The notes: generated from the letters alone by a model not told the origin. DNA of 61,444 nt, filler included, from Circinaria calcarea (GCA_051942165.1; 13 parts of 13 records of this genome joined end to end with filler, not necessarily neighbours in it), one strand, 5' to 3'; shown: positions 23,993 through 37,936, numbered from the whole stretch's first letter. Numbers and translations are program-made.

Positions 23993-25588
23993 TCACTGTC
24001 TTCTGTCCCGTCGTGCAGTACTTTCTCTCGCGCTTCGCTTCCGCGCCGGTTTGTCTTCGATGACCTCTTCCTTGACTTCTTCTCTCCTGAACATAACTTT
24101 TTTAGGCCAATTCTTGGCAATGTCAATGTTTGCTCGTGGAGCCCACATTTCCAGGAAGACCAAAAGTAGATAGTCGATGATAACGCAGAGACAGAACAAC
24201 TTCCCTGCCCAGATTCCACATCCGTAATATCTTTTTAGTCGATCAATTAAGGCGAAGCTTTGGACGCCCGCCCTTCCCCTAGTAGCGGACCAACCTCCCC
24301 CTAAATGATCTCCATAGAACTCTTCCTCGCTTAAGGCTCCGATAATTCCATCATACACTCTTTCGGTGCGCCTTGCAACATCTGTCCAGGAATACATCAT
24401 CTTGACTTGGTCGTGGAATCGTTCGGTTCGAATCCTGTTTGCACGGAGTGCTGCGATGGCTTTACCTGTAGCTGCTACAAGATCATCCTCTTCCGGCTTG
24501 GCAAAGGTCGTCATATGTTGTGGAAGTACTTCAGGTATACCACCAACCCGTGTACACACGACATAGAGCCCACAGCTTGCAGCCTCCACAATCACGGTAC
24601 CGAACGCCTCGGTGAGGCTGGGGTGTAGGTAAATGTGGCCGCGTACCATAACGTCCCGAACCTCCTCGTGTCTGACAGGCCCTAGCATCTCAACTTTATC
24701 CTGTAGTACTCTACGCTCCAGCATCTGCTCCAAATCGATAGCTTTGGGTCCGGACCCTGCGATAATAAAGCGCACATTGGGATCACTTGCTAAGATACGG
24801 GGGATAGCTGCTATGAGCAGATCCGTCCCTTTGTTGTAGAATAGCCTTGAGATGACGACAATGGTGATTATGTCGTGTGGACCTAGGTGTCGAGGTAGTG
24901 GTAGCAGAGGATGAGCGTCTCTGGATGGAGCTCCATGTAAATCTTTTCTACTTGGATCATACGATAATGGTCTGAAATTCTCTGCAACAACGGCGTTTGG
25001 AATGACAGAAACCATGAAAGGATCCAGGGATGCACGCAAAACAGTGTTCTCCTTACTATAGAGCACTGTCAGTCAATAAGTCCTCCCCACAAGGCTACCA
25101 ATCAGGATCTCGTACCATGTATGACTGACGCATATCACATGATCCACGTCACTGAGAGTGAATTTAAGGAGCTTGTTGGTCAATATACTTGCAGCATCTG
25201 CAAAACCAAAAAGCGAATGGTCGGTGAAAACAGTACGTAAACCCATGGTCCTCGCGTGTAGGATTGCTTCGTGACACAAACTGCTAAGACTAGCATGGCC
25301 ATGCACAATTTCGATTTCTTCTCGTATTATAATATTCCGGAAGATTGGGAAAAAGGAAAAGACAGTGGGCATTGTAGATTCTCGATAGATCACGAGGAAG
25401 GGAACGTGGTAGACCTTGAGACCATTGGTAAGATAGCGAACCCCAGTCCGACCCTTGTAAGCATGGGTGATAATGACTACCTTGTGACCTCGATCGATGA
25501 GTTTGGTAGATAATTGGTAAATGTGGGATTCGACACCTCCTGGCTGAGGGAAGAAGAAGTCGCTAACCATGGCAATGTTGTAAGGCAT
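23993..25588 (-). CDS. GPI3: Phosphatidylinositol N-acetylglucosaminyltransferase catalytic subunit (PIG-A/Gpi3/Spt14); one intron
   Basis: [81 protein letters not shown]. Confidence 0.96.
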
Positions 25589-26032
25589 CTTGATGCTTGA
25601 CGAAACCAACAGCTTACTACAATTACAACACTAACCATACAAGGTACCAATGACCCCTTTCCACTTGAAAAAGTCCCTCAGTAATCTTCTCTCTCTCTTT
25701 TCACCATCGTTTAGTATCGAATTCGCAGGCAGTAAACGCTCCAACATAGTATAACGTGCCCGAAATACCACTCTGACCGGTACATAACGTATTATGCTAC
25801 ACCTTAGCTATAGTTTGCGTTAAATGAACGGTAAAGAGAGAATATCGATTAGTGTGTCATAGATATGTAGCGAGTACCTTTGCCGAGTGATGAAATTAGT
25901 CGCAATAGGCAGGATTGCGGATAAGCGTACCGTAGGCGCCTAGCGCAAGCGCAAGCCGAGAAATTGAGTATCCAGAAATAAGGAATGCATTGATACCGTC
26001 TCTATTAATGACTGCCTCTAGGTACGAAGACG

Positions 26033-28370
26033 ATGACGAATGCATTTTATTCACGTTATGTACCTCCTGTAACTTCGGCGATTGCACCATCAGCGTCTCT
26101 TGACAACGGGGCACCGCCAAAAAAGGACAGGAAGCGGAAGCGAGCTTCAGATTTCCAATCAGCAAAGGCTTTAGATCCGATCCAGGTACAGGAGGCAAAT
26201 TCAACGAGGGAGTCAAAATCCTTTAGTTTTGTTACTCCTCAGAGCCATAAGAAGCGTGACAATAGGGAGGGGAGAGGCAAAGAGAATGAAAAGGAGTTCA
26301 GTCAAAATGCAGCTCCTCTCCATTACAGGGCTGACGGCGGGGATAAGTCAGAAAGGAAGAAAAGGAAGAAAGAAATTGAAGATCAAACGGAGGGAATGGA
26401 GACTCCTGTGCCGGACATAGCGTTGAAGGCCGCATCGGATCCAACGCCGGATGATGATACCAAGCACAGGAAAATTAGGTCGAAGTTCGAAAAATCAAGT
26501 AGGATATCTACACAGCTCGTGAGGAAAGCCAAGGTGGTGGACAACGCCGGTGGAGATCAAGAGTTACAGAACCCAGCACCGATACAAACTCATGGCTTGG
26601 TTCCGCTCCCACAACCCCTTGAAGTACCGGATGCTACGGGTGGTCCAACATTTTCGGCCCTGCCCAAGTGGCTTGGGAAACCCATGGTCATCCCATCGTC
26701 GCGTACGATCCATTTTAAAGAGTTGAACTTAAGCCCGTCTATCAAAGCGTCACTAGAGGTAAAGGGATACAACGACGCCTTTGCCATTCAGTGCGCAATT
26801 ATCCCAATGTTGTTACAAGGTCCTAAGTATCATATTGGAGACTTGTGTGTCTCTGCTGCAACTGGCTCCGGCAAAACACTTGGCTACACATTACCAATGG
26901 CGGAGGCATTAAGAGATAAACCTATTACGCAGCTCCGTGGTCTGATTGTAGTGCCTACGCGAGAGCTCGTGACGCAGGTACGGGAAAGCTTGCAAATATC
27001 TACTGCTGGGACTGGTTTGAAAATTGGGACGGCTGTTGGTAGTAAGACACTGAAGGAAGAGCAGGCACTACTCATACACAAGGGCCAGAAGTATGATCCA
27101 GAAGGCTACAAGGAAGCTAAAAGAAAGCAGTTGGAGGATGAACTCGATATCATGGACTGGGATTTGGATGACACGGAAAATGTTGAGGATGTTTTCGACA
27201 GCCGGGTTAACTTTGTTGCCGAGTATACTTCAAAGGTGGACATATTAATTTGTACCCCTGGCCGATTGGTTGACCATATGAAATCTACAAAGGGGTTCAA
27301 TCTGAATCATGTGCAGTGGCTGGTTATTGATGAAGCTGATCGACTACTGGATGAAAGCTTTCAGCAATGGATCGATATCGTGATACCTGCCTTGGAAGCA
27401 CAGCCGATACTTGATTTGCACACTGAGATGATGCTAAAAATGTTCCATATACCTAAACAAAGGACGGTACGGAAGATTATTCTAAGTGCGACAATGACGA
27501 GAGATGTCAGCAAATTGATTGCTTTGAAGCTCCGGCAACCTCGATTGGTGGTGTTAGAGAACGATCGCGCTTCTGAACCATCTGCCGATCGGTCAAGTAC
27601 AGTAGCTACGAGCGTTGATCTACCGGTCACATTATCTGAGTTGGCAATTTCCATTCCCAACGTGGAAGATAAGCCACTGTACTTAGTAAGGGCATTATCC
27701 ATGGAAAAGATTGGTTTGACGCGTTCTAAAGTCGGCGGGGAAACTAGACGAAGTCATGGATCAAACCGTGGCAGTGGTACTTCCTCTTCCGACAGCGAGA
27801 GTTCCTCAGGATCTGACTCAGAATCCTCTCCGTCTTCCTCCCCTAAATCTCAACAGTTCCAGACTAAGGCACCATCTATAATCTCAGAGTACCCAACATA
27901 TGGCACTCTCGTCTTTACCAACAGTAACGAGAGTGCAATGCGTCTGACTCGCCTCCTCTGTCTCCTTAGACCTTCTTCAGCCAAGGAAATCGGCTCTCTC
28001 ACTAAATCCACTGCAACGTCTGCAGGTCATAAGACCCTAGCCGCATTTCGAAAACGCAAACTTTCGATTCTCGTTGCTTCGGACCGTGCCTCTAGGGGTC
28101 TAGATATCCCAGACCTCGCACAAGTCATCAATTACGACACGCCTACGAGTGCAACCAGCTACATCCACCGGGTCGGGCGCACCGCACGGGCAGGAAAATC
28201 AGGTTCAGCAGTGACCCTGGTGGCTCATCACGAGGCAAGGTGGTTCTGGAACGAAATCGGCAGATCTGACCAAATCCACCGGGGTTCTGGGAAGAAAGTC
28301 AGCAGGATTGACTGGAGATTGGACTCAATCAGTGACGACGATCGAAGCGCGTATGAGGCTGCCTTGGAAA
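26033..28370 (+). CDS. DBP6: DEAD-box RNA helicase Dbp6/DDX51 (60S biogenesis), 3' end cut by contig edge
   Basis: Q motif FAIQ, AATGSGKT, PTRELV, TPGRL, DEADRLL, SAT, SDRASRGLD, HRVGRTARAG; Lys-rich N-terminus. Confidence 0.9.
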
Positions 28371-28571
28371 NNNNNNNNNNNNNNNNNNNNNNNNNNNNNN
28401 NNNNNNNNNNNNNNTTAATTAATTAANNNNNNNNNNNNNNNNNNNNNNNNNNNNNNNNNNNNNNNNNNNNGAGTAGGATTAAGCGATTTATCACGTTTAG
28501 TAGCTCTGTAACAGCTTATGCACAAAACGTTAACCACACTCCCAAGTCAGAGCGTGGCAAGTCATGAATTT

Positions 28572-29135
28572 CTAACCAACGGGTACAGAATCAGTAGACC
28601 AGAACCCCAGAACCAGATTCGCCTCATCCTTCCACGTTCGCACCGCCTGCATGATATCGCTCCCGTTCGTTTGGTAATACACGTAGTAACTGTTATCTGA
28701 CGGGGGATAGAAGATATAGCAGCCAATCGAAGTACCCGCCAACACCGTCCCATTACTAATGTCAAACGAATCGCCCCATCGTTGCGTGTTTGCGGTGCCG
28801 GTCCACGGGAATCCAATGATGTGATCGTTGGGATCTTGGTAGAAGGCATTGCCGTCCGCGCACATGGTGGTGTTGGAACGGATGCCGTTTCCGGAAGCCA
28901 CGCCCTTGTTCCAGATGCCGGTGGGATAGCTGGTTGTATTGGTGGCCGCGATGTTGGAATCCTTCCACCAGAGCTCCAGTTCCCCTTGGTCGTTCACGTG
29001 GTGCATGGTACTGAGATTGCCCCTACTGGTGATGGAAGCCCCAGCGAATCCGTTGCTATCTGGAAATGTGAAACCCGGGTCCCAAGCAGTACTAGAGACT
29101 CGATCGTTCTAGAAGTACTCGTGGATCAGCCCGTC
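28572..29135 (-). pseudogene. Disrupted remnant of a beta-propeller, fucose-lectin-like protein
   Basis: GLIHEYF*NDR..WDPGFTFPDSNGFAG with an in-frame TAG at 29109-29111, then a 1-nt frameshift into ASITSRGNLSTMHHVNDQGELELWWKD..YVYYQTNGSDIMQAVR. The fold is inferred from the W/Y spacing of the repeats. Confidence 0.5.
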
Positions 29136-29778
29136 ATCTCCGCCCCTCCGGGTTTGGGGGGGGGGGGGTTTGGTTTGGAAGAAGCATCCCTGCGGCCGAA
29201 TAATTTAGTGCCAGCATTACCCCTTCTCGTTCTCGAGGGCGTAGGATAGGACAAGGGTAGTGGCTTTGATGTTCGATGAGGGCTGAGGAAGAGGAGGGGC
29301 ACGGTATCCCAAGCGTAGGCACACGTGATGATATTTTCGCCAACAAGGAGAAGGGAGGGGAGGGTGTGGTTTAAGGTAAAAATGGCGAGGGGACATTCTG
29401 AGATACCTAGGAAATCGGCTCAGAAAATTGGGAGACGCGCGAAAGGTGGAAGTATGGTGGATTTCTTAGGCTGCAGAGTCGGGGATTTTGCGTTAAAAAG
29501 GGAGTGATTTGGATACTAGAGACTAGAGTTCGGAGAGGGAAAATTGAAAGGGCTAGTTTTGCTGAGGGGCGTGATGGGGTGAGTGAGGAATGAGTGAGGC
29601 GGTCGGTTTTGAAGCGGGAGGCACGGGTGACCAAGAATGTTCGGGTGTCTTGCAATGGTGATGCCGGGTCGGGTCCAGTTCTTTCGAGCCCTTTCCCCCC
29701 TTTTTCTTCCTTGAGCTGTTATCTGATCCGTAATGACCCAGCGTTCTCTGCATCTGCACACGGCCGGCGAGCAGTCTC

Positions 29779-30006
29779 CTAACTCCTGTAATCTGGATAC
29801 GGAGCGCACACAAAAGCGCACTCCTTCGCACTCATGCGCCGCAGAGCCGCCACGCTGAGGAGCGTCTCCAGGCTCTCGGCTGCGAGGGGGGATGTTCGAC
29901 AGGAGCATTCGGGAGGGATGGGGTACGCCAGGGTGAGAGCGAGGTTGGAGAGGATGGTGAAGGAGAAGAGGAGAGAGGAGAGGAGGAGGCGGGGATGGGT
30001 GTACAT
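29779..30006 (-). CDS. Putative small secreted Cys-containing protein (75 aa)
   Basis: Signal-peptide-like MYTHPRLLLSSLLFSFTILSNLALTLA-YP; four Cys (CSC..CAFVC). Confidence 0.45.
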   Translation of the reverse strand: MYTHPRLLLSSLLFSFTILSNLALTLAYPIPPECSCRTSPLAAESLETLLSVAALRRMSAKECAFVCAPYPDYRS

Positions 30007-30378
30007 TGTTGAGAGGAATGGGAGATATGAGATTGATAAAATATAGCTAGCTGAATGATTTATGACGAGATGGGCGTGGACGGTGAGATGGGATACGAGG
30101 TTGAGTGATGTTGGGAAGCTTGGTACCTATAAGGCAATGATATTTGCGTAGTACCGTACCCTAAGCGCTTACAACATTTCTTATGGTTATACCCCAAAAA
30201 TGAAGTCCTGACCACAGCAGCTAATTCTCCATTAGCGCGGCTTAAAGCGTCTATTAATTTTCTGTGATTGGACAAAGCAGGGATCCGGACTCGGCTGCGG
30301 CAGCTAGCTACAAGTTAGCTTATTAGCCAACAAAGTAGGGCTGAGCTAAGCTTAGTCTTTGAGCAGACGGAGAGACTC

Positions 30379-31520
30379 CTAGCCAGCGGATGGCCGCCCC
30401 GTCTCAACGCCTCTTCGTTGCATATACTTGGGCCAGTCCGTCGTTTCTCTTTTCCGTTCTTCGAGGGTCATCTTGCCTTCAATGAGATTGCCAAGAAGCT
30501 GAGCGTCAAATGCGGCTTGGTTGGTGCTAGCTGCCGTGTGTGGTCTCAAGCCTGTCAACAGTATTCCCAATCGCACAATTTTCCCCTCATGAAAGACGTG
30601 TTTGGGCGCATAATATCAGCAGTGGCCTGGATAAAGGGCTGCTTCATTTTAGTGACTAATCCCGCAAGCTGGGGAGGCAAGATCTGTTTTGCATAGTCTC
30701 GTTGTTGCTCCCAGATCTCCGGTCGCGTCTTTCCAACAGGTAGCGTGAAATGATGCTTTCGTCCCTCTACATCGATCATGAGCTCGGTATACTCCTTGGA
30801 GTCTTGTGGATAATTGCAGTACCAGACCTAATTGATTAGGCGCTTGCCTGCCTCGAGTGAGTCCGTGCTTCCCGGATAGTGTAGGCCAGGATTTGTATTT
30901 TGCTCGAATGGTAAAAGGTAAACTTTTCCATAAACGCCGCTCTTGCCTCTTCTGATGCTTCTAATTCGGGCACAGTCCCACGCCATGCAACGTAGCCAGT
31001 ATACGTCCGTTTCACAACAGTATTGCGTGTAGTGTAGAGTTGGCACCTATGATTAGGACGACGGCTTCCGTCCTTTCCTTCCGTTCCTTGTCCTGGTATT
31101 GCAGTTCAACTTTACCGCCTTCGAGTTTTAATATCCCTCTTACAGTATATAACCGTTATCACAAATTGCACTACCTTCTTCTTCTTTCGATTCAGGTATT
31201 GTGCACAATCCGGTCTTGACTCCATCGAAGTACGCCCAAAGTAGATTTTACAACAAATCCCAACTTGTCATATGCTATATGGACTTCTCCGCGTGGATCT
31301 GATTGCCATCCCTATTAAGGGAGTGAGATAACAGCCATCGGAGAATGACTCAAACCATACTCGGTGAAGACGGACCATACGTCACCTCCAGCCACCACCC
31401 AAGCACCTTAATCGTGGAGTAGAGGTCTAGGGCCTCGGTCAAAGATTCGGGCTGCATGTTCAAGGCAGTTCAAGGACGACACCGGACCAGAAGGTCACCT
31501 AGAGATCCGCCGCCTTAGAG
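30379..31520 (-). pseudogene. Decayed FAD-dependent monooxygenase (2,6-dihydroxypyridine 3-monooxygenase-like)
   Basis: Relic GGSLG near 31510; RLIN*VWYCNYP with stop at 30828-30830; ELMIDVEG..PFIQATAD..; LRPHTAASTNQAAFDA in a shifted frame. Several stops and frameshifts. Confidence 0.75.
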
Positions 31521-32304
31521 CACAGAGATGGCTTTAGTGCGACTTTAATCTATTTCAATCCTCTCCACATCATGACCTGGAAACAGAGGCCTTAGGCAGC
31601 ACTGAATATGCAATGGAGTTATAGAATCAAAGGAAGTCTTCGTTGCAAGGACAATGATGTCGTACAAGCTAGTTTTCATGCGCTGAAAAGGAGAGACGTA
31701 AGAAGGGGGAGAAATGGGTGATACGATCATGATTTGAGGACGTTTGGTAATTACTGTTACAAGGATTAGCTTTGGAACGAGACGGTCTCCAAGATCATAT
31801 CTTGGTATCGTCCGGATGGCATGGTGACTTGCCGGAGACTCGGGAGAGTTGTTCTCCAGGGCGTGTCAATAATGACACAACCAACCCGGCACCACCCTGT
31901 CATTCACGTCAATTGCACCAGAGTATTCTGTGACGGATTTGGAAGTATGTTTATCAGCCCAGGCAACTTCGAACCCTCCTTATTGAAGGTTCACATATGA
32001 ATGCAACAGCTCACGGAGTTAAAGGTGGTCATGATCCCTGTTGCCGACGAGGCTAAGTACTAAGGCGGGATTGGCTAGAAGGCACGGCGTAGTTGCGCAT
32101 GTCGAGCCTCAGCAGTCTTCGGGGCTGACTGCTGCACCACATCCTTTGGAGGATGCGAGCGCCAGCGGCCGACGGCCTTGGCAAATCGTGATACACAATG
32201 TTGCATGTAGGCTGCCGGTGTATGCCTTGACATCTGTCGAAGATTGCCGAAAGCGAACCTACAAGAACCGATCTTCGGTCAATCCCAAAGCAAACGGAAT
32301 CGAA

Positions 32305-33105
32305 ATGCGCAATGCCTCCAGCCGACTGTGGGCCTGGCCGCTTCGAATAACCTGTCTCGCCGGCCTCCTGCTCCTCGTCTACTCGGTCATCTTTTACCAC
32401 TCGAACATCAACTTCCACCCGAAAACGAAACATGGGAAGGATATACAGAAACACACAAAGCCACCCCTCGACGCCCACGCGCTAGACTATCGGATTGCGC
32501 ACCTCAAAGAGATAGCAGAATGGCAAAAACCCGAGGGGATGAGGGTGATTGGATTGGTGTTTTATGGCCGGCGCAGATATGTCTCGATCCTACAGTGCTA
32601 CCTGCAGGTATGCGTAACGACGTCTCCATGTCTCAACTTTCGGCACCCGGGTTAACATGGGGCTGCAGAGGAATCTGGTTGAGAATGGTGGTATCCTGGA
32701 TGAGATTGTTTTCTTGGCCAAGACGGACGACAAGGACGATCTAGCATATCTGGAGGAACTTCTTGCAAGTAATCCAAATTACTCGGCCGAATACCACAAT
32801 CAACAGGGCTTCGACTACAGTCAGATGTGGAGCGTCTGCAAGAAAGGGAATATATACGTTAAGATCGATGATGATGTCGTACGTGTCCCAGGACTCCAGC
32901 TTCGTACGGCTCTCGGGTTCCTGCTGACGGATGATAGCTCTTCATTGAAGATTCCACGATCCGCTCGGTTGTGAAACAAAAAGTCGAGCATCCAGAATAC
33001 GTGATTGTCTCCGCCAATCTCGTAGTTCAATTCAACTTTGCCTGGATTCACCAACGTCTCGGGGCAATACATCCATACCTTCCCGAACTCACACCCTTGA
33101 AAGGC
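32305..33105 (+). CDS. Type II membrane protein, putative GT-A glycosyltransferase-like, 3'-truncated; introns 32608..32668 and 32879..32937
   Basis: One N-terminal TM helix, then VIGLVFYGRRRYVSILQCYLQ|RNLVENGGILDE, YVKIDDDV|LFIED (DxD-type) and VSANLV. Confidence 0.65.
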
Positions 33106-34938
33106 NNNNNNNNNNNNNNNNNNNNNNNNNNNNNNNNNNNNNNNNNNNNTTAATTAATTAANNNNNNNNNNNNNNNNNNNNNNNNNNNNNNNNNNNNNNN
33201 NNNNNGCTTAGAGTGCCTTTAATTGCGGTGGGGGGAGGAAGGGGTTCGACTGTCCCTGTCTGGGGTCTGGTGAATAGTTGAGATAGTTGGAAAAAGGTCG
33301 TCCGCTAATTCGTTTGAGTTTGCCTACCAGTACGCAGTAAAACCCATTGCCATCACTGTTACTTCCCAGCCCCGCTTTGACTGGAACCGTTCGTTCCGTA
33401 ATTCACGCGCGTCCTCCATTCTGAAGTGCATCCGTGGATGTATCGAGCAGCCTGTCCGGCTAGAAAGATGGATTACTCAGACGACTCTGACCGTATCCTG
33501 CTATTCTCTGACACGGCACGCGCATCTCAGGACGCATGCGCTTCTACGGGGACAGATCCGTATGCTCATGCTCATGTTCATGCCGATGCCGATGCTGCTG
33601 CTGCCGCTGCTGCTCCTCCTGCCGTCCGACGGCGCCGTGAGGCATTGCCTAGGTGGGTGTGGTATTTGATACAGTGAAGGCTGAGGAAGTACCTGTAGCA
33701 TGAGGGGAAACTTTATATCGTCATGTCATATTTTATACAGGGATCCCGGCTCCACCGGTGCATATCGTGTGTCTTGTTCCTTGCCTTAGTACACAGCCCG
33801 TTTCCAGCACGGCGGATCATGGATGGCAGAGAGTGGAAAAAGGCGTCTGGGAGACGAGAGCTCCGATGGCCCTAGTAATTTTTGTTCGCGAACAAGCTCT
33901 CGGTGGATCCTTTTAGACCATTGGTCACTCACATCTCCTTCGGTACTTGTCCTTTTCTAAAACACAACAATCACATTCTCCTACTCCTACTCCTCTTAGT
34001 TGGCAGCCAGCCGTTGAGAGTTGATCCACCTCACCGGCTTGCGCATACGTACCACAAGCTCCGCGAGCTTCACCATGCTGCCCGAGTGCATGCCTTGCCC
34101 TCCTTGACTCTCCCATCTTTCCCTTCTTCCATTTGGGTTCCCCGTTGTCAGCTCAGGCAGCTGAGGCGTCGTTCTCATTCCCAACCGCAGGCTTGAAGCA
34201 AGGCACCTGTAACAACCATAAGCAACGATCCTTATAGAACTCTCAAGGCCTGGTTGTCCTCGAAAGCCTCCCTACGTGGATCATCCTGGTCCTGGATCCT
34301 TACAGTCCTGCGAGAGCGTTTTCATTCTTCCATGAGGTGAACAGGTGATGCCCGCGAAGAGATTAGAAACTGGTGATTTCGTAAGGCATCAAGCTTCAAA
34401 GAACGCTCTACTTATGTCCCAGTGTATCTCGCATTCGATCGATTCGAGACGACTGGCTTACGCCATCTCCTGGACCTTACCCGACATACACGTCCCTTTC
34501 ATGCATCATTCGTCTGGCGGCTGCTTTAAAAAATATCCTTTGCTTTTACGTCCCTGGGAACGAGGAGGTTCCGGATTTGGGCCGCAAGAAAGTAAAGTCT
34601 GTTGGAAAACGTTGCATTGCCCACTCACTTGTTGACAACTCCACAACACCTCGGAACGACCTCAATAGCCAGGAACTGCATGCTAAGCGCTGAACAACGT
34701 CACCGGTCAGACTTTACCTGCCCTTTCAACACCAGAATCACCGGGTATTAGAGCATTCTGAGGGATACACTACATCTCAATAGGACACATTGCGGCTTCA
34801 GTGGAAAGTGCAAAGGTTAAGGCCCCAGTCACCGAAACGCTGGTTTCTACGCGACTCTCCTACTATCGCCCAAGTCGCATCGAAGCTCGTTGTTCGATTC
34901 GGCGCTGGGGGAGCGAATAACCAAGCGATTTGGGTGGC

Positions 34939-36194
34939 ATGGAAGGTGACGAGCATCAAAGAAGGCAATTTCAGCAGTCTGGTTATACGTCGGGTCGAGA
35001 ATATGGCCAGGGTATCAGAAGGGGAGGCGGCCTTTCGGATCGATTCAGACAGACGCAACACTTATCTTCTATGCAACCGCCGACATCTGTACCCAGAACA
35101 GGAGGTACGAACCAGGCGCTTGGAAACTACGGATTTGTCCCTGGCCAAGCTCAATACACACCACATCTTCAAGATACTTCGTTACAGTATCAGTCAGAAT
35201 TTCCGCATGATGCACAAAGGCAGCAACAATACCCACAGGATGCACAAAACATCATGTACAACCTCCAGCAGCAAGCTCCGCCACAATCGCCTTACGATCC
35301 TGTACAACAATATCAGCCGCGGCAATCTGCAGCTCTCGAGGTTCTTCCCAATCAATTCGGGGTTTCCCCTTATTACAACCCTGGGCAGCCCAGCAGCGCT
35401 CCGGGTCCTGTGACAATTCCCCAACAATACGTACCAGCGCAATTTCAGCAATATCAGGCTCCTCTAGTGGGAGGCGCCACCCTTCCTGCTTCATACACAG
35501 CAAATATGGCCGAATACGCGCAATCTACCGTACCGGAGATTCCGGAGCAACCAGAAGTTGCCCCGTCAGAAGGTTATGATGACGCGTACCACAGGTACTT
35601 GATTACGTTGAAGGAGATTTTTGAGAAAACGCGCGATGGAAGACTCACCGAAGCTGGTGATTTACTGTTATCGGTAACCGGCTGGCTTCTAGGTCATGCA
35701 GAAGAGCTTGGTGAGTGGACCGGCTTAGTACTTCTTGGACGGCTGCTTGGATAAGATTTAACCAGTAGCTCAGGCTTAACAAGAGATGATGTCCGATTGC
35801 ACGATGAACGACTCAAATTGTGGCACGACTTCAACCATTGTTGGCTCGCGGTCCTCCAGAAGCAGAAAGATCTTACCCAAGAAATGCTCGAGACAGGTCA
35901 TCCTCCACCTGCGCCGCAAAGCATGATCCGAGAAGAATTCCTCGAAAGGATGGGTAAAGAAATCACACGACACTGTGATGTCTTGGAAAAGTCTGGGCTT
36001 GTAGATTACCAAATGGGTGTGTGGGAAGAAGAAATCATAAGCGGTGAGCTTACCCTAACGGTCAATCTGTCATTATTCTGGCCAGGCCCCTAATAAACCC
36101 AGTACTTACGGACTGTCTGGACCTTCATGAGGACGATGACGACGACGGTACCCAAGGGCAACGTCAGGTACCCATACGTAACCGCCCACACTGA
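34939..36194 (+). CDS. Conserved fungal hypothetical protein with a Q/Y/P-rich N-terminus and helical C-terminal domain; introns 35711..35773 and 36044..36102
   Basis: Canonical splice sites give one frame: WLLGHAEEL|GLTRDD..LWHDFNHCWL..GLVDYQMGVWEEEIIS|VLTDCLDL..RNRPH*. Confidence 0.8.
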
Positions 36195-37936
36195 ACTCGG
36201 ACACTCGATAAAATACTTGTGGGTCTGTTACTCGGGATCCCCTGACGTTCGTTACGTTCACGTCCGTAGTTCTGCAGTCTGCTCCGCTTACCAATTTTCT
36301 TTTACCTCTTCGGGGCACTTCCATCTTCCGCACGATTGCTAAATTTCTTTATGTTCACGCATGCATAGACTTGTTGTTGCCAAGCAACGGGTGTTTTGGA
36401 CTTCTTTTATCAGCTAGGCTATACCCCTGGGAGGCACTCGTGGAATTTTGTGTTTACAATGTATTGGATTTGCGATATACACCCTGCGCTGCTCAGGCGT
36501 TGTCTGCCATTGTACAAACTGTACCAGTACGACGTTTTTATATACCTTGTGAGAGACTTGATGCATTTGATCCCCCAAAAGGCAGAGGTCCTCTTTGACA
36601 GAGGCCGGAACCTGGCGACACTTTCCTTTTGTTGGGCCTCGTGAATACTGACGAGCGGGTGGTGGAAGGGGGAACTACGTGGTGGATGGTTGCTTCAAAG
36701 AAGGCGAAAAGACGTTTGAGATGCAGCCCCTTTGCAGATAGCAATGTGAATATATTGGTATCACTACATAACAATAAGCTGCATCACAATAATACCATGA
36801 CCACAGTTCGGACATATTGTGAAGGATTACAAATGGAGCATCGAGGGGGAACGAGCCGAGGTTCACTGCGGAAAACCGAAAAAGAAAGGCACCTCGTTGG
36901 GAGAAAAGCAACATCCATGTACCTTGTTCTTCAAAGGCATTCGAGTATCTTTTGAAACCGACCCCAAAACGGGCTGCAGGTTGGACAGGAGCTGGGGTTC
37001 AGCCAACGTGTAACGTGAGGCCCCTAATCAGTCACGGAGATATCGAAAGACTATGTCGGACCGGCATCGACACGACACATTATTACTGCGGCAGAACATC
37101 ATCCGGCCACCTCATCGTTTTTGATAGCTAATATCCAATCGCTCATCAAGCGACACACCATATGCTCGCCCCCCTCACTTCTAACCCGGGGGGATGGGGA
37201 GAAAATTCCTCTCCTATCAATTGTTGTAGCGTGCCTTGGCACCCACGTGTACCTCCGGCATCGATCTTTGATCTTTCTGAAACCTAATAACCAGCTACGG
37301 GCGTGACCACGTGCGCAGTTTCCTTTGACCACCAGGGTATATGTTCCTAAGCTGTTCCCAGAAGGAATCTACTGCCGAGAGGCACAGTAAATCTCGTGCC
37401 GGTCCTCTGTCCAATCATTGCCTTTGGCTCCCGACCCCAAGTTCCCCCCTCCCCCTTTCAAACCGTTCCGATACCTATAAAATCTCGCCTGCACACGCAC
37501 ATAAATGTGTCACGGCAAGTGATCGACAGACCTTTTGATCGAGGTAGGTACACAGCCCCCTGAAAGGATATATGATTTGTTGCCCCCCTTTTTTAAAATT
37601 GTTTGCCAAAGGGTGCGGTGCGGGTCTGCCGGGATGATCGTTGCGCGATTACATTGATGATTGGGTTTTTGCCTTGCCTGGGAGAGAAAAATTAGACGCG
37701 AGGGAGTGGCGGCTATTTGTGTAATGTAAGGGGATGCTCTCACCGTTTAGGTAGTTTAGTTTACCCCCCTTGAGAGTAAGTAAGGTGTGCAGCAAGAAAT
37801 TCACTAGATGATTGGCCCCCGGGGGGGGGGCGGGAGNNNNNNNNNNNNNNNNNNNNNNNNNNNNNNNNNNNNNNNNNNNNTTAATTAATTAANNNNNNNN
37901 NNNNNNNNNNNNNNNNNNNNNNNNNNNNNNNNNNNN

